Assembly: GCA_038087875.1 (NCBI GenBank)
Contig: CM075980.1
Span: 10,416,001 to 10,480,000, forward strand
Direction: 5' to 3'
Source of the DNA: Malacoraja senta
Lineage: Eukaryota
Length of the DNA: 64,000 nucleotides
The position numbers and the translations under genes are program-made. Under the pieces are notes generated by a model that had not been told where the DNA came from, searched no databases, and was given only the letters and a program-made list of their open reading frames with translations. Below are positions 1 through 11,934 of the stretch, piece by piece (within the stretch, counting starts at the first letter, position 1; every line of letters starts with the position of its first letter).

Positions 1-161
1 ATTCTTAGAGACATCCGAGACTAGCTCGGCCCTTGATTTAATAAATAGCTTACTGTTTCTTGAGTACAAAGAAGAACAACTAGTTTTAAAACTTACATTT
101 GTTTCGAGATCAGATTTATTGATTTATAAATTAATGTTTCGATACAGCTCACAGAACTCAC

Positions 162-257
162 CTTCATGAGAGAGAGAGAAAGACTGCGCATCAGATCACG
201 ATCCCGAAATGTGCCGGGACTTTCGAGATCTCCAGACAAGCTATAGCAAACAGGAAT
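162..257 (-). other. Candidate 96-nt exon of an unknown transcript (copy 1)
   Basis: Minus strand reads TTTCTCCTCTTCCAG|ATTCC...ATGAAG|GTGAGT. The same sites and length occur in the paralog at 28389-28484. Confidence 0.35.
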
Positions 258-905
258 CTGGAAGAGGAGAAATTCATGTGACTTCTTATTATTACCCGCC
301 GTCTATATCAGTTCACGCTTAACAAGCAGAAGGACATGAGATTTACTGCTTTATGAAAATGTTCTCGTATTTTCTATAATAAAGATCCTGTTGGAAGCAA
401 AATAATCTATCTCCATTCCATCTTATTCCAGTTCCCCACTCAATACCAAATTTTCAAGACTGATAATGCTTAAAAAAGAGCAATATGGCTATGATGATAT
501 CCTCGCTACATGTCGTGATGACTTCGGATCCGACAACGTTCAAGAAGTGCGAGATTTTACAGGATGACGTTTTTATTTTAATGGCATAATCCCATTCTTT
601 GCCTCTCTTTGCCACAAGTGCAACAAGCCCACAGTCTGTGCCGTCTACAGAATGCATTCTAATCAGTCCCCTTATGTATAACCTCAAGAAAATGGTCACC
701 AAGGCATTCAAGAACCAGACGCATAATTCATGTTCATAAATTCATTCTTCTAGGAGCAGAATTAGGCCATTCGGCCCATCAAGGTTTCTCCACCATTCAA
801 TCATGGCTGATCTATCTTAACCTCTCTACCATTCTCATGTCTTATCTCCGTACCCCCTGTACCAATCAAGGATCTGTCAATCTCGGCTTTAAAATTATTC
901 AATTA

Positions 906-1990
906 TTAAAGATGTAATTGCAGCGTATTTGGAAAGCAATGAAGGGATCCGACAAAGTCAGCAGGGATTTATGAAAGGGAAATCATGCTTGACCAATCTT
1001 CTGGAAACTTTTGAGGATGTAACAAGTAGAATGGAAAAGGGAGAGCCAGTTGATGTGTTGTATCTGGACTTTCAAAAAGCCTTTGACAAGGTCCCACACA
1101 AGATATTAGTGTGCAAAACGAGAGCACATGGTTTTGTGAGTAGGGTATTGACATGGATAAGGGACTGGTTGGCAGGCAGGATGCAAAGAGAATGAATTAA
1201 TGGGTCCTTTTCAGAAGGCAGGCAGTGACTAGTGGGATGCCGCAAGGCTCAGTGCTGGAACCCCAGTTATTTACAATATATATTAATGATCTAGACGAGG
1301 GAATTAAAAGTAACATCTCCACGTTTGCGGATGACACAAAGCTGGGTGGCAGCGTGAGCTGCGAAGAGGGTGGTATGGGGTGACTTGGATAGGTTGGGTG
1401 AGTGGGCAGATGCAGTATAATGTGGATAAATGTGAGGTTATCCACTTTGGTGGCAAGAACAAGAAGGCAGGTTATTATCTGAATTGTGTCAGATTAGGAA
1501 AAGGTGAAGTGCAACGAGGCCCTGCACATTAGTCATTTGTACATCAGTCATTGAATGTAAGCATGCAGGTACACCAGGCAATGAAGAAAGGAAATAGCAT
1601 GTTGCCCTTCATAGTGAGAGGATTTGAGTATAGGAGAAAGGAGGTCCTACTGCAGCAGTACAGGGTCCTGTTGAGACCACACCTGGACTATTGTGTGCAG
1701 TTTTGGACCCTAATTTGAGGAAGGACATTCTTGCCATTGAGGGATGCAGCGTCAATTCACCAGGTTAATTCCCGGGATGGCGGGACTGACATATGATGAA
1801 AGAATGGGACGACTGGGCTTGTATTACCTAAAATTAGAAGGATGAGAGGGAATCTTATAGAAACGCATAAAATTCTGAAGGGATTGGACAGGCTAGAGGT
1901 AGAATTTTTTCCCCCGATGTTGGGGATGAACAGAACCAGGCATCACAGATTAAGAATGAGGGTGTAGGCCATTTAGGAATGAGATGAGGA
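906..1990 (+). mobile_element. Degenerate CR1 LINE, RT fragment
   Basis: GFMKGKSCLTNLLE, LDFQKAFDKVPH and FADDTKLG-type motifs with stops and frameshifts. Confidence 0.9.
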
Positions 1991-2660
1991 GACTTTATCC
2001 ACGCCTCTCTATGGCAATTGATTCCAAAGATTCACCACCCCCTGACTAATAAAAATCCTCCTCTTCTCCTTTATAAAGATACGTCCTTTAATGCTGAGTC
2101 TATGGCTACTGGCCACAGACTCTCCCACCAGTGGAAACATCCTCTCCACGTTTACTATAGAAGCCTTTCACTATTTGGTAAGTTTCAATCAGGTCCTCCT
2201 TTATCCTTCTAAACTCATGCGAACACAATCCCTGTGCCTTCAAGTGCTCGTCACATATTAACCCAATTAATCCTGGGATCATTCTCCTAAACCTCATCCG
2301 GACCCTCTCCAAAGCCAGCACATATTTCCTCAGATATGGGGCCTAAAACTGCGCATAATAATCCAAATCCAGTCTGAGCAGTTCCTTATAAAGCCTCAGC
2401 ATTACATCCATGTTTTGTATTCTAGCCCTCTTGAAAGAAATCCTAGTATTGCATTCACATTACTTGCTAATGATTCGACTTGCAAATTAACTTTTTGGTA
2501 ATCCTGCAACAGCACCCCCAAGTCACTTTGTATCTCCGATTTGTGAATTATTTCCCCATTTATAAAATAGTCATACTTTATTCCTGCTACCCAAATGCAT
2601 GACTCCACACTTTGCTGTGCTGTATCCCATCTCCCACTACTCAGCTCATTCCCCCAGCAT
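1990..2660 (-). mobile_element. Degenerate CR1 LINE, 3' RT fragment
   Basis: Minus-strand remnants ERVRMRFRRMIPG, EFRRIKEDLIETY and NAILGFLSRGLEYK. Confidence 0.85.
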
Positions 2661-2970
2661 ATCCAAGTCCTTCCACAGAGTCCAGGAACTACAGGTGCTC
2701 ATTTGCATTGGGTGCTTTGTGCAGAAGCTGACACCTATCCCGTGTTTCCAGAGATTCTGCCTGCCCGTTGATTTACTTCAGCATTTTGTGTTTATCTTCC
2801 GCATAATAATGTAGTTGTCTGCAATGTAACTTCCAAGCACATCAAGGCTTGGAAATATATCATCTTTCACTCTTCCTTGATCCAACCTTTGGATTTATAA
2901 CCATATAACCATATAACCATATAACCATAACAGCACGGACCAGGCCATCTCGGCCCTTCAATACTTCCCC

Positions 2971-5874
2971 CTAGTCCCATCTACCTGCACTCAGACCATA
3001 ACCCTCCATTCCTTTCCCGTCCATATACCCATCCAATCTATTTTTAAAGGATAACATCGAACCTGCCTCCACCACTTCCACTGGAAGCTCATTCCACACA
3101 GCTACCACTCTCTGAGTAAAGAAGTTCCCCCTAATGTTCCCCCTAAACTTCTGTCCCTTAATTCTCAAGTCATGTCCCCTTGTTTGAATCTTCCCTACTC
3201 TCAATGGGATAAGCTTATCCACGTCCACTCTGTCTAACCCGCTCATAATTTTAAAGACCTCTATCAAGTCCCCTCTTAACCTTCTGCGCTCCAAAGAATA
3301 AAGACCTAACTTGTTCAACCTTTCTCTGTACCTTAGTTGCTGAAACCCAGGCAACATTCTAGTAAATCTCCTCTGTACTCTCTCTATTTTGTTGACATCC
3401 TTCCTATAATTAGGCGACCAAAATTGTACTCCATACTCCAGAATTGGCCTCACGAATGCCTTGTACAATTTTAACATTACATCCCAACTTCTATATTCAA
3501 TGCTCTGATTTATAAAGGCCAGCACACCAAAAGCTTTCTTTACCACCCTATCTACATGAGATTCCACCTTCAGGGAACTATGCACAGTTATTCCTAGATC
3601 CCTCTGTTCAACTGCATTCCTCAATTCGCTACCATTTACCGTGTACGTCCTATTATGATTTGTCCTGCCGAGATGTAGCACCTCACATTTGTTACCATTA
3701 AACTCCATCTGCCATCTTTCAGCCCACTCTTCCAAATGGCCTAAATCTCTCTGTAGACTTTGAAAATCTACTTCATTATCCACAACACCACCTATCTTAG
3801 TATCATCTGCATACTTACTAATCCAATTTTCCACACCTTCATCCAGATCATTGATGTACATGACAAACAACAGTGGACCCAACACAGACCCCTGAGGCAC
3901 CCCACTAGTCACCGGCCTCCAACCTGACAAACAGCCATTCACCATTACTCTCTGGCATCTCCCATTCAGCCACTGTTGAATCCATCTTGCTACTCCACCA
4001 TTAATACCCAACAATTGAATCTTCTTAACCAACCTTCCATGAGGAACCTTGTCAAAGGCCTTACTGAAGTCTATATAGACAACATCCACTGCTTTACCCT
4101 CATCAATTTCCCTAGTAACCTCTTCGAAAAATTCAAGAAGATTAGTCAAGCATGACCTTCCAGGCACAAATCCATGTTGACTGTTCCTAATCAGACCCTG
4201 CTTATCCAGATGCTTATATATATTATCTTTAAGTATCCTTTCCATTAATTTGCCCACCACTGACGTCAAACTAACAGGTCTATAATTGCTAGGTTTACTC
4301 TTCGAACCCTTTTTAAACAACGGAACAACATGCGCAGTACGCCAATCCTCCGGCACTATTCCCGTTTCTAATGACATTTGAAATATTTCTGTCATAGCCC
4401 CTGCTATTTCTACACTAACTTCCCTCAATGTCCTAGGGAATATCCTGTGTCCGCGCCTCCTCTTCTTTGATTGTCACAGTTTCCATTGCTACTCTGCTCG
4501 TTTCCCTTACCTCACATAATTCCATATCCTTCTCCTTCGTGAATACCGAAGAAAAGAAATTGTTCAATATCTCCCCCATCTCTTTTGGCTCTGCAGATAG
4601 CTGTCCACTCTGACTCTCTAATGGACCGATTTTATTCCTTGTTATCCTTTTGCTATTAATATAGCTGTAGAAACCCTTTGGATTTACTTTCACCTTACTT
4701 GCCAAAGCAACCTCATATCTTCTTTTAGCTTTTCTAATTTATTTCTCAATATTCTTTTTACATTATTTATACTCCTCAAGCACCTCATTTACTCCATGCT
4801 GCCTATAATTATTGTAGATCTCTCTCTTTTTCCGAACCAAGTGTCCAATTTCCCTTGAAAACCATGGCTCTTTCCATTTTTTACTATTTCCTTTCAACCG
4901 AACAGGGACATAAAGATTCTGTACTCTTAAAAGTTCACCCTTAAATGTCCTCCATTGTTCTTCTACATCCTTCCCATAAAACAACATGTCCCAATTCACT
5001 CCTTTTAAATCCTTTCGCATCTCCTCAAAGTTGCCTTTCTCCAAACAAAAATCTCAACCCTAGGTCCAGTTCTGACCCTCTCCATAATTATATTGAAACT
5101 AATGGTATTGTGATCACTGGACCCGAAGTGCTCCCCGACGCATACCTCCGCCACCTGCCCTGTCTCATTTCCTAACAGGAGGTCCAGCACTGCCCCTTCC
5201 CTAGTAGGTACCTCTATGTATTGCTGCAAAAAACTATCTTGCACACATTTTACAAACTCCAAACCATCCAGCCCTTTTACAGAATGTGTTTCCCAGTCTA
5301 TGTGTGGAAAATTGAAATCTCCCACAATCACTACCTTGTGCTTACTACTAATATCTGCTATCTCCTTACATATTTGCTCTTCCAATTCTCGCTCCCCATT
5401 TGGCGATCTATAATACACCCCTATAAGTGTTGCTACACCTTTCCCATTTCTCAGTTCCACCCAAATAGCCTCCCTAGACGAGCCCTCTAATCTATCCTGC
5501 CAAAGCACTGCTGTAATATCTTCCTTGACAAGCAATGCAACACCCCCACCTCTTGCCCCTCCAATTCTATCACCCCTGAAGCAACGAAATCCTGGAATAT
5601 TTATTTGCCAATCACAGCCCTCCTGCAACCATGTTTCACTGATCGCCACAACATCATACTTCCAGGTGTCAATCCAGGCTCTAAGCTCATCCACCTTTCT
5701 TACAATGCCCCTAGCATTAAAATATACACATTTAAGAAACCCACCACCACTTATTCTCTGTTTATTATCTTTTTCTTCTTTCTCCCCTACATTTTGGGTC
5801 CGAGTGCTTCCCTTCTCTGCCTCCTGCCTCCCACATTTTCCACTAGCTTTCTCTATTTGAGTCCCTCCCCCCAA
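2971..5874 (-). pseudogene. CR1 ORF2p (apurinic endonuclease + reverse transcriptase), frameshifted, with a short internal deletion near 4440
   Basis: ORF pieces 5874-5005 (YFNARG, SETWL, GDFN, SDH), 5044-4763, 4705-4433 and 4428-2971 (YRPVSLTS, DFSKAFDKV, PQGSVLGP, YADD). Confidence 0.93.
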
Positions 5875-5879
5875 CCGTT

Positions 5880-6815
5880 CTAGTTTAAAGTCTCCCCAGT
5901 AGCCTTTGCAAATCTCCCCGCCAGGATATTGGTCCCCCTCGGGTTCAAGTGCAACCCGTCCTTTCTGTACAGGTCACTCTTTCCCCAAAAGAAATCCCAA
6001 TGATCCAGAAATTTGAATCCCTGCCCGCTGCACCAGTTCCTCAGCCACGCATTTATCCTCCACCTCACTCCATTCCTACTCTCACCGTCACGTGGCACAG
6101 GTAGTAATCCTAAGATTGTTACCTTTGTAGACCTTCTCCTTAACTCTCCTCCCAACTCCCTAAATTCTCCTTTCAAGACCTCTTCTCTTTTTCTACCTAT
6201 GTCATTGGTACCTATACGTACCACAACCTCAGGCTCCTCTCCCTCCGATTTCAGGATATCTTGGACGCGTTCAGACACATCCCTGACCCAGGCACCAGGG
6301 AGGAAAACTACCATTCTGGTCTCCTGACTGCGTCCACAGAATCGCCTATCCGACCCCCTAACCATAGAGTCCCCTATTACTATTGCCCTCCTCTTCTTTT
6401 CCCTACCCTTCTGAGCAATAGGGCTGGTCTCTGTGCCGGAGGCCCGGCCGCTGTTGCTACCCGCAGGAAGGCTGTCCCCCTCAACAGTACTCAAACAGGA
6501 GTACTTATTTTCAAGGTGTACAGCCACCGGGGTACTCACTAGTCCCTGCCTCTGCCCCTTGCCCTTCCTAACCGTGACCCACTTGTCTGCCTCCCGTGGT
6601 CTTGGAGTGGCCACCTCCCTATAACTCTTTTCTATGACCTCCTCACTCTCCATGATCAGACAGAGATCATCGAACTACTGCTCCAGGTTCCTAACACGGT
6701 CCCTTAGGAACCCCATCTCTACGCACCTGACACAGATGTGAACGTCTGGAGGGGTATCAGACTCCATGACCTCCCACATCTGACATCCAGAACAGTAAAC
6801 TGCCCTGGCCCTCAT
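5880..6815 (-). pseudogene. CR1 ORF1p: CxxC..CxxC zinc finger, coiled coil and SGNH esterase; one premature stop at ~6675
   Basis: MRARAVYCSGCQMW..HICVRC from the ATG at 6815, followed by GDSMVRG, GTNDIG and DGLHLN SGNH blocks. Confidence 0.88.
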
Positions 6816-7264
6816 ACTCCCCCCTTACCCTGGATACAATACAAACTGGTGGAGGAAATCAGCAGGGATCTAACTCCCAATCAGCTGCTTTCTCTTTGTC
6901 CTCTTCCACCAATCAGCTGCTTTCTCTTGGTCCTCTTCCACCAATCAGCGGCTTCCTCACTTATAGGAAACTTGAATGGAACGTTGCAGTTTTGGTCCCG
7001 CGCTGTTTATCTACTCACCACCCGGACGCTGCTCCTCCTTCTGCAACGGTCCCTGGGCATGAATGGTATCACAAGATTAGAGTTGCTGAAGATAGACACA
7101 CAAAAGCCGAAGTAGCTCAGCAGGTCAGACAGCATCAAGGTAGTTTATCATCAGCTTCTCAATGGCAGATAGGGATGGGCGATCGATGCATTGTCTGACC
7201 AACAATACATTGATCCCAAAAGTAAATACATGGATAGGGAGGAATTTAGCCAAAGAACTATAAA

Positions 7265-8590
7265 CCGACAGTAGACGCAAAAATGCTGGAATAACTCAGC
7301 GGGTCAGGCTGCATCTCTGGAGAAAAGGAATAGGTGACGTTTCGGATCGGAAGCCTTCTTCAGACTGAAAGTGGTGGTGGCGTGGAAACTGTAGGTGACA
7401 AGGCCAGACAAATCAGGGCTGGCAGCAGATGACTTCAGGAAGGGTGGAGCCCATAATAGACCATTGTTGGCTGGGGAAAGGGTGATAACGAGAAGGATAT
7501 AAGGATGGGGGGATGCAAAAGTAGCTTAAAATTAGAGAAACCATCAGTCATACCACTGCGTTGAAAGTTGCCCAAGCGAAATGTGAGGTGCTGTTCTTTC
7601 CATTTGTATGTGGCCTCACTCTGACGACAAAAGGACAGAATGGTCAGTATGGGAATATAGATAAAAGAAAGCTGGAGTAACTCAGCGGGACAGGCAGCAT
7701 CTCGGGAGAGAAGGAATGGGTGACGTTTCGGGTCGAGACCAATCTTCAATGGGAGGTAGAATGTTTCGGCAACCAGAAGATCCCGTTGGCCATGGCGGAC
7801 TGAGCGTAAGTGTTCAGCGAAACGACCACCAAGTCCATAGTTCCTCTCGCCAATATTTAGGAGCCCACATCGAACAATAGATGAGATGGAGAAGGTGCAA
7901 GTAAACCTCTGCCTTAGCTGAAACGAATGTCAGGGTCCCTGGATATAGTCGAGGTGGGAGGTATAAGGACGGGATTGCATCTTCTGCTGTTGTAAGGGAA
8001 AGTCCCTGGGTAGAGGGTGGTTTGGGTGGGTACTGATGAATGAACCACAGAGTTTCAGAGGGAATGGTCACTGCGTACACAGAAGTGTATGTGTGTGGGG
8101 GTGGGGGGGGGGGGGTGGGAAGATGTGACTAGTGATGGGATCCCTTTGGAGGTGATGAAAATTAGGAGGATAATAACTGTCTCTGTCGCGGCCGTGGGGA
8201 TTGGGAACAAGTGCGGAACCGCTGGATCCAGATGCGACACGTGTAATAGTCCAATTTATGATAAAAGGGTGGAACTCTAGTTCCCTAAAGAATTATAATA
8301 TCTCCGATGTTCTAGTCTGGAACATCTCATCTTGGGAGAAACAACAGCGGCGACAGAGGAATTTGTAGTAGGGGATAGAGTATTTGAAAGTGGCAGGATA
8401 GGAAGACGTGTAGGCGAGATAACATGAATATCTAACATTTTAACTCCTTCCCATTTCCACACTGAGCTTACTGTCCTGGACAACTCAAAACGACCCCCAC
8501 GCGCAAATTGGAATAATAGCACCTCATATTTCGCTTGTGCAGCTTACAACTCAGCGGTATGAACATTGATTTCTTTAATTTCAAGTACTG
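7265..8590 (-). mobile_element. Penelope-like element fragment (GIY-YIG end plus terminal repeat)
   Basis: Minus-strand remnants GIPLVT..HP linker and KEQHLTFRLG..SGM..FSNFK. The terminal-repeat motif GCTGGAGTAACTCAGCGGG..GCAGCATCTC occurs in both orientations. Confidence 0.8.
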
Positions 8591-9273
8591 CTTCACCCCC
8601 CCCCCCCCACCCCCCCCCCCCCCCCCCCCCAGCACCCCTCCCCCCCGCCCCTGCCACATTAAACCACACAGAAAGGTCGAAATTGAAGCTCCGGATTCAA
8701 TTTACGGACTGAGTACAGGTGCTCCATTAAGCAATGCATATTTGTTTCCTAGTATGTAAAGGAATGTGTGCTGTGAACACAACACTGGAAGAGTCTACAA
8801 TCCCTGGACGGTAAGAAGACGGTAAGAGGTGAAAGCACAGGCGATGAATAATTCAAATGCAAGTATAATTGGAGAGGCAGGGCTCCATATGGTCGTCAGC
8901 TTTTCTTCTGAACAATGTAGCTACCCTCCATGAGGGGACGTTACATGGCAGCTAGCAATCGCGCTTCCTATAACTACCCCTACTGAACAATGCCATTCCC
9001 CCTGCACCTCTCCTCAAAAATCAAATTTCAAGAACACAGCTCACGTTGAAAATTGGGGATCACCTTTCATGAGTCCTCACAAGCAAGGCAGGCTTTGATT
9101 ACTAAAATCCCCGGTGATGCTTTTGTAGAGCCTCACGCAGACTATGGAAACTGACGTTCGAAGGTCAATACCTCGAACATAGCATGAAAAACAATTTCTG
9201 CTAACCAACAGCAATCAACAGATTCTTGAACGTCGCTCATTAAGGTAACCTGGCGAACCAACGCACAAGGTTG

Positions 9274-9410
9274 CCAATGCGTTGTACATGAGACCGCCCA
9301 AACCTATTGGCACCGGAAGTGAAGGTTTGCAAGCATTGGTTCACAGGCCAACGCTTAAAGTATCCACGTTGTGATCAGTTGCTCAACATTGTTGGGAGCT
9401 GTGTGTGAGT
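9274..9410 (+). promoter_or_regulatory. Promoter-like motif cluster followed by a possible first-exon donor
   Basis: CCAAT 9274, CCGCCC 9294, ATTGG 9306, CCGGAAGTG (ETS) 9313-9321, ATTGG 9335 and GTGAGT 9405-9410, all in unique sequence. Confidence 0.3.
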
Positions 9411-9889
9411 AAGGGATGGCAGGGATGGTGATTTGGTGTCCATATCCTTGGGGTACAGATCCAAGACCAAACTGCTGAAGCAAGCACTCTACTCTGAGCA
9501 CTATTGTGCAATAATATTGTGAGGACAGAATAAATGTTTCAAGGGCATTTTGAACCCCCCCCCCCCCCTTGATAAAATGTAACAGCGTCGCTTCGTTATA
9601 AGTATCTTTGGATTTTAACTACTGAAAAAGGGAAGTGTAACAGCAAGTATGTTACTGACTACGTTAAGTCTCTATGGAGGAAGTTAACGCACGAGAAAAG
9701 AACAGAATTAGAGCACCTATTCTAAAACCAGAATGATTAAAGTCTATTCCTCGCCTGAGCACCACTGGAGGTAGAGTAGAAATATGTCAAACTCGACATT
9801 GACGTTTTATCCAGCCGAGATGGAGATTGAGACGGAGTACATGGCTCCTCCTCCTGAGGAGGAGGAGACGGAGTACATGGCTCCTCCTC

Positions 9890-10862
9890 AGGAGCCATGT
9901 TGGGGAACGGCTGCTAACCAGCAGCCGTCCGTTTAATTCACCTTGTTTTAAATAGTTTTTTAGTGTGTTTTAGTATCTCCAGTTGGAGAAATCTACTTTT
10001 AAATGTAAGGTGAATGGGGGTAATTTTATTCTAGGTCCCTGCCTGGTCGGTGAGGCAGCTTTTTCTCCGGCTGCCTCGTCGACCCGTCCTCGTGGCCTAC
10101 CAGCGGGCATGGAGCGCCGTTTCCTGACGGGGACCGCCCAGCACCTTCAGCTTCGGTCGGCGGCACAGCGCTGGAGCGCTATCGGGGAGCGTAGCGGGCG
10201 ATGCCTTGCCTGGGTCGCCGCGCTGGGTCGACGCGGTGGAGCTCCGGTATGCGATGACCGCCGAGATCAACACCTCCGGGCTGCGGGTCTGCGGAGCGAC
10301 CAGCCGCGGGCGGCGGCACCGACTTTAACATCGGGAGCCTCGTGGCTCCAACTCGGCGCGGCCCTGTCGGCTTCAGGTGCCATCGACTCCGCTGGGAAAC
10401 CGGCCGTTCCAGCCGCTGCGAGGAATATCCCGACGGCCAGGAACATCGGGCCTCCGTAGAGGAAACTGTGGCGGCCTCGATGGGCCTGACTCTGGGGAGA
10501 ACTGGGTTGGGACTGGACATTGTGCCTTCCCCCACAGTGGTAACCATTGTGGGGGATGATTTTGTGTGTAGTGTTAAGTGTCTGTGTTAGTCTGTGTTAG
10601 TCTATGTCCAACATGGCGGGCGGAAGGGAGAGTGTACGCTGGCGCGGTTTAGCTGCCGCTGCTCTCCCTTCATGTTGTGTTTTCTGAATTTTGTTGTTGT
10701 CTTTTTTGGATCGAATTTCTGTTTTTAATTTGTGTATTTGTGATGTCTTTATAACTTGTTTTACTCTGATTATATGTTTATATGTTTCTTAAATTGTAAG
10801 GTGTCCTAGAGACCTCGGTATTAGGCGCCCTTAAAATAAAATCTATTATTATTATTATTATT
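9890..10862 (+). mobile_element. GC/CpG-rich interspersed repeat ending in AATAAA + (TTA)n (3' part of a non-LTR element or non-autonomous derivative)
   Basis: Sharp GC shift; tail TAAAATAAAATCTATTATTATTATTATTA at 10832-10863; architecture resembles 12665-13480. Confidence 0.5.
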
Positions 10863-10869
10863 ACAAGGA

Positions 10870-11575
10870 GAAGATTTAGAACCTCGTTACTTGGTTCCAA
10901 GATACAACCTCTCCAATGTCAGCATGACAAAGGAGGGTCTGGTTGACTTCGCGAAACGAAGCAGCGCATACACCCAGTGCGCACACTGTTGGCGCCGAAG
11001 TAGAAATGGTGGAAAACTTCATGTTGTTAGAAATCAATTTCACTAGCAATTTATCTTGGACCAGCCACATCGAAGCATTGGCCAAAAAACCACACCAGTT
11101 TTTCTACGTTCTTAGAAGGTTAAGGTTTATGTCATTATGTACCTAACAGCCCTCACACTTCTACACGTGCGCCGTAGAAAGCATTTTATCGGATGCATCA
11201 CACCATGGTTTGGGAACAACTTCATCCAAAACCGCTAGAAATTGCAGAGTTTTGGCCTTAGCCCAGACCATTGTGGAAATCAATCTCCCTTCGTTCCACG
11301 GACTCCATCTACACTTCACAATGCATTGCCAACCCATCAGCACAACACAGGTCCAGTCACACCTCGATAACTTTCTCTTCTCCTCTCTCCCAAGACGGAA
11401 GAGGTACAGCAGTTTGAAAACGCTTACCTCCAGATTCCGGGATAGTTTCTTCCCAGCAGTCATCAGGCAATTGCACCTTCCTTACCAGCGCGAGTTCCGT
11501 TCTGACGTTCCATCTACCTCGTTTACGACATTTGAATTGTTTTAATCGGACCCTAGCACACTTTATCTTGCACTA
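10870..11575 (+). mobile_element. Rex1/Babar-type LINE 3' fragment
   Basis: AEVEMVENF.LLE.N.TSNLSWT.HI..LAKK.HQ..Y.LRRL and RF(R)DSFFPAVIR motifs. Confidence 0.75.
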
Positions 11576-11599
11576 AATTACATATTCTTAATCCTGTAT

Positions 11600-11930
11600 C
11601 GGAACACTGTGGCCGTCTTGAGTGAAGCAGGCCGGAACGCTCCCGGCAAGCAGCAGCTAGCAGGCCCGTCTCGCCGGCCGTGGACCGACATCGGAGTATC
11701 CGACGGTAAACCCGGCTCGCCCGCCGAGGTCTGCGGTGGGTTCGAGCACCGACCCAGAGGCTCGTCGGCGTCCGCCGAAATCTCGCGGTCGGTGGGACCT
11801 CGCCCGAAGGCTCGATGTTCGACGGGCATCGAGAAACCGACCGAAGGCTTAGCAGACGGCGTAACCGGGAGGGAACAGGAGACGTCGGAAGCGAAGGGCA
11901 AAGACCAGTATAAGGGTGAACCGGGGTAAT
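11600..11930. repeat. GC-rich insertion of unknown class
   Basis: CpG-rich block with internal CCGACCG/CCCGG repeats between Rex and CR1 fragments; no recognisable protein. Confidence 0.35.
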
Positions 11931-11934
11931 GCCT

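Larger units (their letters stand above)
2901..7057 (-). mobile_element. Near-full-length CR1 LINE (ORF1 esterase + ORF2 APE-RT), inserted after the duplication
   Basis: 5'UTR, ORF1, ORF2 and a (TTATATGG)n 3' tail at 2901-2930 are present. The paralogous copy has the empty site GGATTTATAACATGAATGG at ~31379-31397. Confidence 0.95.
1..9062 (+). repeat. Segmental duplication, copy 1 (paralog of 28227-39556); extends beyond the left edge
   Basis: Position 1 ATTCTTAGAGACATCCGAGACTAGCTCGGCCC matches 28227 ATTCTTAGAGACGTCCGAGACTAGCTCGGCCC. Colinear blocks: 1-2900 with 28227-31388, 7058-8590 with 31388-32730, and 8680-9062 with 39176-39556. Both unique and TE sequence are shared. Confidence 0.93.

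Noticed and set aside
277-291. 15-mer TGTGACTTCTTATTA shared (inverted) with the IgL C-exon acceptor region
   Set aside because: Flanks do not align, and about one such match is expected by chance in this much unique sequence.
2701-2708. Additional perfect octamers ATTTGCAT (2701, 16965, 31190)
   Set aside because: They lie in duplicated intergenic or L1 sequence far from Ig exons, at a frequency compatible with chance.
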